Positions 55,372 through 63,221 of a DNA stretch of 63,221 nucleotides are shown here, piece by piece (position 1 is the first letter of the stretch; every line of letters begins with the position of its first letter). Source of the DNA: a bacterium (GTDB lineage Bacteria > Bacillota_I > Bacilli_A > RFN20 > CAG-449). Under the pieces are notes generated by a model. It made no database searches. It worked only from the letters and a program-made list of their open reading frames with translations, and was not told where the DNA came from. The position numbers were made by a program, and so were the translations under genes. The stretch is taken from the NCBI GenBank assembly GCA_963623095.1, contig CAVFKD010000003.1:2740-65960 (forward strand). Direction: 5' to 3'.

Positions 55372-56144
55372 TGAGTTACTATTTTAAGACAGACAAAGGT
55401 TTAGTTAGACCATTAAATGAAGATTCTACCTCCATATTTGAATTCAATGATGGAGGAATTCTTTTGCTTGTCTTAGATGGTATGGGTGGACATTTAAAAG
55501 GTGATGTGGCTAGTTCAATGGGCTTATCATCTATTTTAGAAGATGTGAAGAATTTTTCTGATTCTTTTGCACATAACAAAAAACGATCTCATTCGTTTTT
55601 TGGAAAAAAGTTTTCTTATCACAAAAGAAAGAAACTATTAATTAAAGCTGTTAAAAAAGCTAATAAGAAAATTAATACTTTAGGTTCAAGTGATATTGCT
55701 TATTATGAAATGGGTACTACATGTGTTGCTTGTTACATATATGAAGATAAAGTATTCTTGATTAACGTTGGTGATTCTAGATGTTATTCATATACTGATG
55801 ATTGTCTAACACAATTAAGCGTTGATCAAACATACGTTCAATTTTTATACCAAACAGGTAAAATTAAAAAAGAAGAGATGGCAACTCATCCAAAGAAACA
55901 TGTTTTAATGAATGCACTTGGAACTTATCCTAGTGTTACAATGGATAAAAAGATATTTAAAAAAGACATGAAAAAATTAATGCTATGTTCTGATGGACTA
56001 TATAACATGGTTGATGAAGAAAGAATAAAAAAAGTATTATCGTTAGATAAAACCACCAAAGAAAAAGTTGAATTATTAATCACTTTAGCGAATGAACAAG
56101 GTGGTAAAGATAATATCGCAGTAGCTTTATGGGAGGAAGATTAA
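55371..56144 (+). CDS. prpC: PP2C-family Ser/Thr phosphatase
   Basis: LVLDGMGGH, CSDGL and GGKDNIAV motifs. It carries a basic insert HNKKRSHSFFGKKFSYHKRKK. The start overlaps the rlmN stop. Confidence 0.9.
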   Translation: MSYYFKTDKGLVRPLNEDSTSIFEFNDGGILLLVLDGMGGHLKGDVASSMGLSSILEDVKNFSDSFAHNKKRSHSFFGKKFSYHKRKKLLIKAVKKANKKINTLGSSDIAYYEMGTTCVACYIYEDKVFLINVGDSRCYSYTDDCLTQLSVDQTYVQFLYQTGKIKKEEMATHPKKHVLMNALGTYPSVTMDKKIFKKDMKKLMLCSDGLYNMVDEERIKKVLSLDKTTKEKVELLITLANEQGGKDNIAVALWEED

Positions 56145-56145
56145 A

Positions 56146-57027
56146 ATGAAAATTGGTGATACAATTGATGAAAGATATAAAATAACTTCTTTATTAGGTG
56201 AAGGTGGAATGGCAGTTGTTTATGGCGCCATGGACGTTATTTCTAAAAAAGAAGTCGCAGTTAAAATCATTAAAGAAGATACAATGAAAAATCCTGTTAA
56301 TCTTACTCGTTTTGAAAGAGAAGCACGCGCGGCAGCATCTTTAAATCATCAAAATATTGTAAGAGTTATTAATTTAGGTACCGCGGAAGGCCGTCCTTAT
56401 ATGGTTACAGAACTTGTCAAAGGACAAACATTAAGAGATGTTTTAAATGCAAGAGGAAAATATAGCGTTTTAGAAGCTTGTGATATTATGTATCAATTAT
56501 GTTCAGCAGTATTACACGCGCATCAACATAATGTTATCCATCGTGATATCAAACCTCAAAATGTTTATATTACAACTGATTCAACAGTTAAATTAGGTGA
56601 TTTTGGTATTGCAACTTTCCAAAATGCTTCTAGAGTTACTCGTTCAGAAGTCGTTGTTGGAAGTGTACATTATCTTGCACCAGAAATTTCTCAAGGTAAT
56701 CCTGCTTCACCTCAATCAGATATTTACGCACTTGGTATTACTTTTTATGAATTATTAACAGGTAAAGTACCTTTTGACGATGAATCTCCAGTTACTGTTG
56801 CTTTAATGCACATTAAAGATAAATTCCCAAGCGTTAGAAAATTAAACCCAAAAGTACCTTCTTCAGTAGAAAAGATTATTTATAAAGCAACTGAAAAGAA
56901 TCCTTCAAATCGTTATAAATCAGTATTTGATATGAGAAAAGATATTGATCGTATTTTAAGAGATCCAGATGCTTTAAAGAAAAAATCATTCTTCGAAAGA
57001 TTATTCCATCGTTCTAAAAAGGATTAA
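56146..57027 (+). CDS. prkC: Ser/Thr protein kinase, kinase domain only (no TM, no PASTA repeats)
   Basis: GEGGMAVVY, VAVKII, HRDIKPQN, DFG and APE motifs. Only 293 aa. Confidence 0.9.
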   Translation: MKIGDTIDERYKITSLLGEGGMAVVYGAMDVISKKEVAVKIIKEDTMKNPVNLTRFEREARAAASLNHQNIVRVINLGTAEGRPYMVTELVKGQTLRDVLNARGKYSVLEACDIMYQLCSAVLHAHQHNVIHRDIKPQNVYITTDSTVKLGDFGIATFQNASRVTRSEVVVGSVHYLAPEISQGNPASPQSDIYALGITFYELLTGKVPFDDESPVTVALMHIKDKFPSVRKLNPKVPSSVEKIIYKATEKNPSNRYKSVFDMRKDIDRILRDPDALKKKSFFERLFHRSKKD

Positions 57028-57029
57028 TT

Positions 57030-57893
57030 ATGATTGAAGGAAAAATTATATCAACTATCGGAGGAGTTTATAAAATTAGTTTAAAAGATCATACTTTGAT
57101 CGAAGTAACTCCTCGTGGAAAATTAAAACATTTAAAAAAGAAATTACTTATTGGCGATAATGTTATAGTTAATGAAAATGATAAAACACTTGAAGATGTT
57201 TTACCTCAAGAAAATTCCTTAATTAGACCAAGAATCGCGAATATCGATTTAGGAATTATTGTAACTTCTTTAGTTACACCTGATTTTTCATCATTTTTAT
57301 TAAATAAATTTTTAACTTTATTAAGCGCTTCTAATGTCAAACCATTAGTTATTTTAACAAAGGTTGATTTAGGCGATGAAAATAAGGTGAAAGATATTAT
57401 AGATACATACTCTAAAATTGGTGTTGAAGTTATTCCTTTTTCAAAGAATACAAAACTTAATTTAGATTTAATTTCAGATAAGATTAATAATAAAGTAGTG
57501 GCTTTTATGGGACAAACTGGTGTTGGTAAATCTAGTTTGATTAATACTTTAGACCCTGATTTTAATCGTGGAATTGGTGAATATTCTTTAGCTTTAGGAA
57601 GAGGTAAGCACCAAACAAAAGAGGTAATTTTATTACCATTTAATAATGGATATATTGCCGATACTCCAGGATTTTCTTCATTAGAATTACCTTTATTCAA
57701 AGAAGAACTCGCGGATCATTATATTGGTTTTTCATTAGTAAATGATAAATGTAAATATAACAATTGTTTACATATATCAGAAAGAGAATGTCCAAAGAAA
57801 GAATTCTTGTTACACGATGAAAAATTAAAAATAATTTATGATGATTATTTAGCTATGTCAGATGAATTAATTTTTAGAAAGGATCGTTATTAA
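57030..57893 (+). CDS. rsgA: ribosome small-subunit-dependent GTPase A
   Basis: Circularly permuted GTPase with LTKVDL before GQTGVGKSSLIN, plus a zinc motif CKYNNCLHISERECP. Confidence 0.92.
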   Translation: MIEGKIISTIGGVYKISLKDHTLIEVTPRGKLKHLKKKLLIGDNVIVNENDKTLEDVLPQENSLIRPRIANIDLGIIVTSLVTPDFSSFLLNKFLTLLSASNVKPLVILTKVDLGDENKVKDIIDTYSKIGVEVIPFSKNTKLNLDLISDKINNKVVAFMGQTGVGKSSLINTLDPDFNRGIGEYSLALGRGKHQTKEVILLPFNNGYIADTPGFSSLELPLFKEELADHYIGFSLVNDKCKYNNCLHISERECPKKEFLLHDEKLKIIYDDYLAMSDELIFRKDRY

Positions 57894-57894
57894 T

Positions 57895-58557
57895 ATGAAA
57901 AAAATAGGACCATCAATTTTAGGTGTAAGTGATGAAGCCGTAGTTGCGGTTACTAATTCTTTAATGAAAGATGGCGCAGATTTTATTCATTATGATGTAA
58001 TGGATGGAAAATTTGTCGAAAATACATCTTTTTCAATTAATCATTTTAAAAATTTAAAATCTAATATGGATAAAAAAGATACTTTCTTTGATGTTCATTT
58101 AATGACTTATGATTTAGAAACTCATATTAAAGAATATGGAGAAGCAAAGGCTAATAACATTACATTTCATTATGAAGCATGTAAAGAAGAGGAAATATTA
58201 CCTTTTATTAATTTGATTCATTCTTATGGAATTAAAGCTGGTTTAGCGATAAATCCATCTACTGATGTTAAAGTATTAGAAAAATATTTACCTTATTTAG
58301 ATTTAGTCCTCGTTATGAGCGTAGTTCCAGGAAAAGGTGGACAAGGATTTATTGAATCTTCCATTGATAAAATAGAGTATTTAAAAGATTATAAAACAAA
58401 GAAGAAATTATCTTATTTAATTGAAGTTGATGGGGGAATTAACGATAAAACAATTAATCTTGCTTATAAAGCAGGTTGTGATTTATTTGTTGTTGGCTCA
58501 TTTATTATTAAGTCTGGGGATTATAAACTCGCGATGGAGAAATTATTAAATGACTAA
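57895..58557 (+). CDS. rpe: ribulose-phosphate 3-epimerase
   Basis: HYDVMDGKFV, MSVVPGKGGQ and EVDGGIN motifs. Confidence 0.93.
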   Translation: MKKIGPSILGVSDEAVVAVTNSLMKDGADFIHYDVMDGKFVENTSFSINHFKNLKSNMDKKDTFFDVHLMTYDLETHIKEYGEAKANNITFHYEACKEEEILPFINLIHSYGIKAGLAINPSTDVKVLEKYLPYLDLVLVMSVVPGKGGQGFIESSIDKIEYLKDYKTKKKLSYLIEVDGGINDKTINLAYKAGCDLFVVGSFIIKSGDYKLAMEKLLND

Positions 58558-59188
58558 TTTATTAATATTTTTAATTGGATTTATATTATTTATTGCTTCT
58601 TTGTTAGTTGGATTAATTATGTATAAAAAAGATTATGGTAAAAGATATAATTTTTTAAACCATTATCCTTTTGAAATAAAAACTAATTTTAATATTAAAT
58701 TATTAAATACATTCCATGCTTCTTTATTTGGATCTGTAATAATTTTGGCAATTAGTATATTTTTAATTTTTTACAACAACAAAGATGGAAGCTTTGCATC
58801 GAAAAGTTGTTCATTTATCTTAATTATCCAAGCATTATTATTAGTTACTTTATTTATTATTCCTTTTTATTATTATAAATCTCATTTATTAACATCCATT
58901 TCATTTATGGTGTTAAACTTTGTAGCTTGTGTTATTTTGGGAACTAATAGCATTTTTTATCAAGGGATGAATAATTTATTTTATTTTTCAATTATATATT
59001 ATCTTTTAGGGGTAATTGCATTTGCGTTATTTACCTTACCTTTATTAAAAGCTTGGTATAAAACTGGAATTAATGAAGAAACTAATGAAAGAAACAATGT
59101 TATTCCATACGCTTTAATTGAATGGATCAATATTGGTTTATTCTTTTTAATTCTTATTGTTTCATTAATTCGTAATTTTATTTATTAA
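58550..59188 (+). CDS. polytopic membrane protein, unknown function
   Basis: 212 aa with about 6 hydrophobic segments. Overlaps rpe by 8 nt and sits where B. subtilis has thiN. Confidence 0.7.
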   Translation: MTNLLIFLIGFILFIASLLVGLIMYKKDYGKRYNFLNHYPFEIKTNFNIKLLNTFHASLFGSVIILAISIFLIFYNNKDGSFASKSCSFILIIQALLLVTLFIIPFYYYKSHLLTSISFMVLNFVACVILGTNSIFYQGMNNLFYFSIIYYLLGVIAFALFTLPLLKAWYKTGINEETNERNNVIPYALIEWINIGLFFLILIVSLIRNFIY

Positions 59189-59215
59189 TCACTAGCGATA
59201 GTGATTTTTATTTTG
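59187..59215 (+). terminator. rho-independent terminator
   Basis: Stem AATCACTA / TAGTGATT with loop GCGA, followed by TTTTTATTTT. Confidence 0.75.
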
Positions 59216-59219
59216 GCAT

Positions 59220-59244
59220 AAAAAAACTCACCCGAAGGTGAGCT
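59220..59244 (-). terminator. rho-independent terminator of rpmB
   Basis: Stem CTCACC / GGTGAG with a 4-nt loop and a T7 run on the minus strand. Confidence 0.75.
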
Positions 59245-59267
59245 TAATTAACGTAATTTATAATAAA

Positions 59268-59483
59268 TTATGCTGCAGTTGATTCTGAAGCTTTTCTACT
59301 TGATTTACGTAAAGTCTTAATAGCGCGTGCGGATAATCTCATTGTTACAACACGTCCATTGAGATTTACTTTAACTGGTTGTAAATTTACATTCCATCTT
59401 CTGCGTGTAGCTATTAAGGAGTGGGAACGCTTGTTGCCACTAATTGGTCCTTTGCCTGTTACAGGACATACTCTTGCTGCCAT
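59268..59483 (-). CDS. rpmB: 50S ribosomal protein L28
   Basis: MAARVCPVTGKGPISGNKRSHS is a canonical L28 N-terminus. RBS GGAGGT. Confidence 0.93.
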   Translation of the reverse strand: MAARVCPVTGKGPISGNKRSHSLIATRRRWNVNLQPVKVNLNGRVVTMRLSARAIKTLRKSSRKASESTAA

Positions 59484-59533
59484 ATATTTTCGACCTCCTT
59501 AACTAAGCGCATAAAAAAATCGCTTACTGCAAT

Positions 59534-59562
59534 ATATTACCATCTCAATATTTATATTGCAA
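59534..59562 (-). promoter_or_regulatory. candidate promoter of rpmB
   Basis: Minus strand TTGCAA (59562-59557), 17-nt spacer, TAATAT (59539-59534). Confidence 0.5.
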
Positions 59563-59591
59563 ATTATTTTTTTAAAAATTTAATTTTTTTG

Positions 59592-60878
59592 CTACAATTT
59601 GACCCTTAGGCCTTTTGGATACTTATTATTGATTCTATTGTTAGATGATTTTCCCATCCCTAAAGGATTCCCTTCATAGGTTAATAAGCAAATACCTTTT
59701 TTACTTTCGATATTTATTTGATTACCTTCTAAGTATGATTTTGCTTGTTCTAAATTTAAAGAAACAACATTATCAAATTCTTTTAAATATTTGCTTAATG
59801 CATGATCGAACTCAAAACCATATTTTTCCAATGTTCCAAGTTTTAATCCTCCACGGATAATATGAAGATTTTTTAAATCAATGTATTTATTTAAATAATA
59901 ATATGAATCATTGTTTTTATAAATATAGCCATCTAGCAAATGACATTCTTTTCTAATATTATCAAAGTTGTCTTTTAAATTTTTATCATAACTTCTTTGA
60001 TTATCATTTAAGGGTTTAGATATTTTACAAATATAATGTCCTTCACCATCAAATAAATGAGGAAATAAGTGAATACCAATTTTAGATTCGCTTTGATAGA
60101 AAGTATCGCTAATGTTTATATCTTCAATAACTGCATCTGTTTTTGAAAGTAGATCTAAAACTACTTCTTCATCTTCTTCATAAGAAAAAGAGCAAGTGGA
60201 ATAAACAATATTACCTCCAGGAGTTAACATATCATAAGCTTTTAATAATAAGTCTTTTTGAATAGGGACTAATGATAAAACTTTTTGATATGTCCAATCT
60301 TTTTCCATTAAATCATTCTTTCTAAACATACCACTTCCAGAACATGGTGCATCAAGAATAATCTTAGTAAAATAGTTTTGATATTTTTTATGTAAATCAT
60401 CAATAGTGTTATTGATAACTACGATATTTTTTCTACCCATTCTTTCAACATTGCTAGAAAGAATATAACTTCTAGATAAATTAATTTCATTAGAAACTAA
60501 TAATCCTTCATTTTCCATCAATATAGAAGTGTGAAGTGATTTACCTCCAGGAGCTGCGGCTATATCTAAAACAATGTCATTTTTATCAGGATTTAAAAAA
60601 TGACTAACTAATGCTGAACATGGCTCAAATATATAATAATAACCCATTTCATAATAGATTGATTTACCAAATTCATATTCATCTTTATTGTATAAATAAC
60701 AATGTGGAACAATAGGATGATTTTTAACATTTGGAAATTTATTAACAAATTCTTCATCACTAATTTTATCTAAATTCAATATTAAAGCATGTTTAGAATT
60801 TTCATTTTCTAAAGCGTTTATTAATTTAGTTATTTCGTTATCGTTAAGATATTTTTTTAAATGTGTTACAAAATCCAT
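59592..60878 (-). CDS. RNA cytosine-C5 methyltransferase, NOL1/NOP2/Sun family (RsmF-like), intact active site
   Basis: VLDIAAAPGGKS (SAM loop), ILDAPCSGSGMFRKN (motif IV) and VYSTCSFSYEEDEEVV (motif VI) are all present. Confidence 0.85.
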   Translation of the reverse strand: MDFVTHLKKYLNDNEITKLINALENENSKHALILNLDKISDEEFVNKFPNVKNHPIVPHCYLYNKDEYEFGKSIYYEMGYYYIFEPCSALVSHFLNPDKNDIVLDIAAAPGGKSLHTSILMENEGLLVSNEINLSRSYILSSNVERMGRKNIVVINNTIDDLHKKYQNYFTKIILDAPCSGSGMFRKNDLMEKDWTYQKVLSLVPIQKDLLLKAYDMLTPGGNIVYSTCSFSYEEDEEVVLDLLSKTDAVIEDINISDTFYQSESKIGIHLFPHLFDGEGHYICKISKPLNDNQRSYDKNLKDNFDNIRKECHLLDGYIYKNNDSYYYLNKYIDLKNLHIIRGGLKLGTLEKYGFEFDHALSKYLKEFDNVVSLNLEQAKSYLEGNQINIESKKGICLLTYEGNPLGMGKSSNNRINNKYPKGLRVKL

Positions 60879-60963
60879 ATTAAACCTCGTAAATATTTTA
60901 CTATTTTTATAGTAAAGTTAAAACAATATTTAATTAACACAATAAACTTACTAGCAATAATTG

Positions 60964-60992
60964 TTGTTGTAAATTATTTAAAAGCGTATAAT
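60964..60992 (+). promoter_or_regulatory. candidate promoter of tRNA-Gln
   Basis: TTGTTG (60964-60969), 17-nt spacer, TATAAT (60987-60992), 11 nt before the tRNA 5' end. Confidence 0.4.
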
Positions 60993-61003
60993 AAATTCGC
61001 GAT

Positions 61004-61078
61004 TTGGGCATGGACAAGTGGTAAGTCACCTGTCTCTGAAACAGGTTAGCGTTGGTTCGAATCCAACTGCCCAAGCCA
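61004..61078 (+). tRNA. tRNA-Gln (anticodon CUG), CCA encoded
   Basis: Hand-folded: acceptor TTGGGCA/TGCCCAA, D arm GAC-AAGTGGTAA-GTC (Gln-typical), anticodon stem CCTGT/ACAGG with loop CTCTGAA, T arm GTTGG-TTCGAAT-CCAAC, discriminator G plus CCA. Confidence 0.9.
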
Positions 61079-61221
61079 TTTTTATAGTTTAAATAACTTA
61101 AAAAAGTGAATTTTTGCTTAATTAACTATTTTAAAACTTTTAAATTATAACATTATATGTTATTCTAAATAAGAGCTGTTTTTACAGTGATTATTTTATT
61201 ACCCCAAAAAAGGAGCAAACT

Positions 61222-62664
61222 ATGGAAGAAAATCAAAATCAAAACATAGAACAACAAGAAGAAAGCTATATTACATTAAGAGATGTATTCGCAGCTTTAA
61301 AAAGAGGATGGAAATTATTATTAATTATCTTTGTAGTAATTTTTGTCTGCGGTGAAATTTATACTTTCGCGATTAAGAAAAATACTTATTACGCTACTTC
61401 ATCTGTAATTGTCGCATATTCAGCTAATTCAGGTAGTTCTTCTGATTCATCTAATGTTAATGTTGATACATCAATTAAATGGATTAATACTGTTAACGAT
61501 AAAATGAATGAAGATACATTTTTAACTACTATATGTAATACTTTAAAAGAAAAATATAATTATCAATATACTGCAACTTCATTAAAGAGTGTTGTTACAA
61601 CTTCTAATACTAATAATTCCTTAATTGTTACAATTAAAGCTGTTACTGAAAATGGTGAAGAATCACAAAACATTGTTAGAACTGTTGCAGATGAAATTGT
61701 TAAATATAGTTCTGATACAACTGATGCTAATTACCAACCTATTTCTGCTCAAGTAAGAATTAGTGTTAGTGATTATGGACAAAATGCTTATAAAGCTGGT
61801 CCTAACAGAACATTATATTCAGTTATCGTAGTTCTTGCAGGTTTAGTTGTAGGCGCGGCAGTTGTATTAGTTAAAGAACTCGCATCTAATAAATTCAAAA
61901 CAAAAGAAGATATTGAAAAATTAGGTTTCCCAATTATCGGTGTTCATCAAAATGAAAAAGATAAGAAAGATTATGAATCAACAATTGATTTTTCTACATC
62001 TATTTCTTCATTCGAACCATATAACAGAGTTATTTCAAATATCAAATTAGACAATGTTGATAAACAAAATAAAGTTATTATGGTTACATCTACTGCACCA
62101 GAAGAATTAAAAACAACTTCTATTTCTAATTTAGCTTATACTTACGCTCACAACGGATCAAAAGTATGTATTGTTGATTTAGACTTAAGAAAATCAAGAT
62201 TACATAAAGTATTCGGTGTTGATAAGAAACCAGGTATGGTTGAATACATTAATGGTGATGCAAAATTAGAAGATTGCATTAAACATTCAGAAAAAGCAGG
62301 ATTAGATGTTCTTACATCTGGTAAATCATTAGATAATCCAAGTGCAATTCTTGAATCTCATAAACTTGCAGAATTAATTGAAGATTTAAAAGCAAAATAT
62401 GATTATGTATTAATTGATACTCCACCACTTGCTGCAGCAAATGACGCTATCTTAATTGCTAAACTTGCAGATGGAATTATCTATAACGTTGCATGTAATT
62501 TATATAATAAGAAGATGGTTAAAGAATCTTTAGATACTATCGCAAGTAATGGACATGTCATCGGTCTTAACGTTACTAAATATGAAGGCGGTAAGAACGA
62601 CGGATATTATTATTATTATTATTATTATTACAAAGATTACAGAGATACAACTGAATCTAAATAA
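61222..62664 (+). CDS. fused Wzz-type chain-length-determinant / BY-kinase (Wzc-like architecture) with atypical Walker A and Tyr9 tail
   Basis: N-terminal Wzz part with 2 TM segments (LLLIIFVVIFVCGEIYTF, LYSVIVVLAGLVVGAAVVLV). The kinase part has IVDLDLRKS (Walker A') and VLIDTPPL (Walker B), and the C-terminus reads GYYYYYYYYYKDY. Walker A reads STAPEELKTT instead of GxGK(S/T). Confidence 0.85.
   Translation: MEENQNQNIEQQEESYITLRDVFAALKRGWKLLLIIFVVIFVCGEIYTFAIKKNTYYATSSVIVAYSANSGSSSDSSNVNVDTSIKWINTVNDKMNEDTFLTTICNTLKEKYNYQYTATSLKSVVTTSNTNNSLIVTIKAVTENGEESQNIVRTVADEIVKYSSDTTDANYQPISAQVRISVSDYGQNAYKAGPNRTLYSVIVVLAGLVVGAAVVLVKELASNKFKTKEDIEKLGFPIIGVHQNEKDKKDYESTIDFSTSISSFEPYNRVISNIKLDNVDKQNKVIMVTSTAPEELKTTSISNLAYTYAHNGSKVCIVDLDLRKSRLHKVFGVDKKPGMVEYINGDAKLEDCIKHSEKAGLDVLTSGKSLDNPSAILESHKLAELIEDLKAKYDYVLIDTPPLAAANDAILIAKLADGIIYNVACNLYNKKMVKESLDTIASNGHVIGLNVTKYEGGKNDGYYYYYYYYYKDYRDTTESK
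62605..62631 (+). repeat. in-frame trinucleotide microsatellite (TAT)8 + TAC
   Basis: A direct read gives tattattattattattattattattac, which encodes the nine-tyrosine cluster of the BY-kinase. Confidence 0.95.
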
Positions 62665-62667
62665 TTT

Positions 62668-62687
62668 AAGGGGCTTAGGCCCCTTTT
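62668..62687 (+). terminator. rho-independent terminator (short)
   Basis: Stem AAGGGGC / GCCCCTT with loop TTAG, followed by TTTT. The next gene's RBS lies 8 nt later, so it may be leaky. Confidence 0.6.
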
Positions 62688-62703
62688 AATATAGGAGAAA
62701 TTT

Positions 62704-63221
62704 ATGATTGGAATGCCCACGATATTAGAATTTAAAAGTGTAGAAGAGAATATAGCTTTTGCAAAAGAATATAGTTTTGATTTTATTGAATTAAACTTAA
62801 ATTTTTCATATGTAAGAAAGTTTATTGAAAATAATGCTACAATCGATAATTCATTAAAATATACTTTGCATTTCTTTGATGAAGCAGATTTTGGATTATA
62901 TGATGAAGTTGCAAATGCATATATTAAATTATTAGATAAATATCTTAATTTAGGTAAAAATTATATTTCTCAAGTTAATATTCATTTAAATGTTGGTCCA
63001 GTAGTAACAATAAGTGGTATTAAAAATTATCTTTATAAAGAAGAATTTAAAGAATACATTGAAAGATTAACTAATAATCTAACAAAAGTTAAAAATGTAT
63101 GTGATCATTATCATGTTAAGTTAGTAATTGAAAATGTTCAAAGTTTAGATTTTATAATCGATACTTACCCATATTTAGGAAACAAATTTTTATTTTGTTA
63201 TGATATAGGACATGATAAAAC
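62704..63221 (+). CDS. sugar phosphate isomerase/epimerase (xylose-isomerase-like TIM barrel), 3' end cut by window edge
   Basis: Own translation: MIGMPTILEFKSVEENIAFAKEYSFDFIELNLN...HVKLVIENV...CYDIGHDK. The pattern is typical of the AP_endonuc_2/TIM-barrel family. RBS AGGAGA. Confidence 0.7.
   Translation, partial: MIGMPTILEFKSVEENIAFAKEYSFDFIELNLNFSYVRKFIENNATIDNSLKYTLHFFDEADFGLYDEVANAYIKLLDKYLNLGKNYISQVNIHLNVGPVVTISGIKNYLYKEEFKEYIERLTNNLTKVKNVCDHYHVKLVIENVQSLDFIIDTYPYLGNKFLFCYDIGHDK

Noticed and set aside
57206-57700. 164-aa antisense ORF inside rsgA, and similar internal ORFs (4499-4708, 9362-9580, 18037-18228, 20529-20774, 30508-30810, 33718-34008, 33747-33998, 38000-38305, 38296-38490, 39627-39827, 40244-40540, 42574-42822, 49637-49900, 51376-51567, 52183-52395, 55379-55579, 59645-59860)
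   Set aside because: Each is fully contained in a gene with strong family motifs on the other frame or strand. None has a convincing RBS or a recognisable motif.
60861-61049. 62-aa ORF spanning the tRNA-Gln gene; likewise 59421-59609 over the rpmB start and 31794-31988 over rpmI/infC
   Set aside because: They overlap well-supported RNA or ribosomal-protein genes and their promoters. They are spurious.
1-63221. Mycoplasma/Spiroplasma genetic code (TGA = Trp)
   Set aside because: All conserved proteins are full length under the standard code, Trp positions use TGG, and no ORF terminates at a TGA that would need read-through. The absence of TGA stops is reported as a finding, not as code 4.
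1-63221. CRISPR arrays, IS elements, integrases, prophage genes, long direct or inverted repeats
   Set aside because: None seen on either strand. The only simple repeat of note is the in-frame (TAT)8 tract at 62605-62631.

Overview
Very AT-rich, gene-dense chromosomal core region: about 55 CDS, 2 tRNAs, and no CRISPR array, transposase or integrase that I can see. All family calls below come from reading motifs in the ORF translations and the DNA by eye; no searches were run. The source looks like a low-GC Firmicutes/Mollicutes-lineage bacterium using the standard code, since the ORFs are intact and Trp is TGG. Gene order mirrors several Bacillus subtilis clusters: rsmE-mtaB, the U32 pair yrrN/yrrO, infC-rpmI-rplT, and gmk..priA..rsmB-rlmN-prpC-prkC-rsgA-rpe with rpmB on the opposite strand.

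Content in order:
- nfo-rsmE-orf-mtaB.
- A compact shikimate/tyrosine operon: aroB-aroC-aroE/aroK fusion-aroQ-aroA-tyrA.
- Three tRNA-modification genes, then clpB with tandem CIRCE operators.
- queT behind a preQ1-I-like riboswitch, then tRNA-Thr.
- A degenerate-GGDEF/EAL protein and a MATE pump.
- A 1.3-kaa SNF2 ATPase coupled to a Nudix hydrolase and a lipoprotein phosphatase.
- plsC, nudF, gpmI, thiI.
- infC (ATT start, L20-leader attenuator)-rpmI-rplT.
- tkt behind an unexplained ~190-nt structured leader.
- A beta-helix lipoprotein and a cre-controlled glycerol operon (glpA-like, partner oxidoreductase, DUF1667, glpK).
- The priA..rpe block, tRNA-Gln, and a fused Wzz/BY-kinase with a (TAT)8-encoded Tyr9 tail.

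I see no obvious defence island or mobile element. The most unusual observations are:
- the structured RNA upstream of tkt;
- an RsmB homologue that has lost its SAM loop and both catalytic cysteines;
- the atypical BY-kinase;
- complete absence of TGA stop codons in 53 genes;
- several uncharacterised ORFs embedded in conserved operons.
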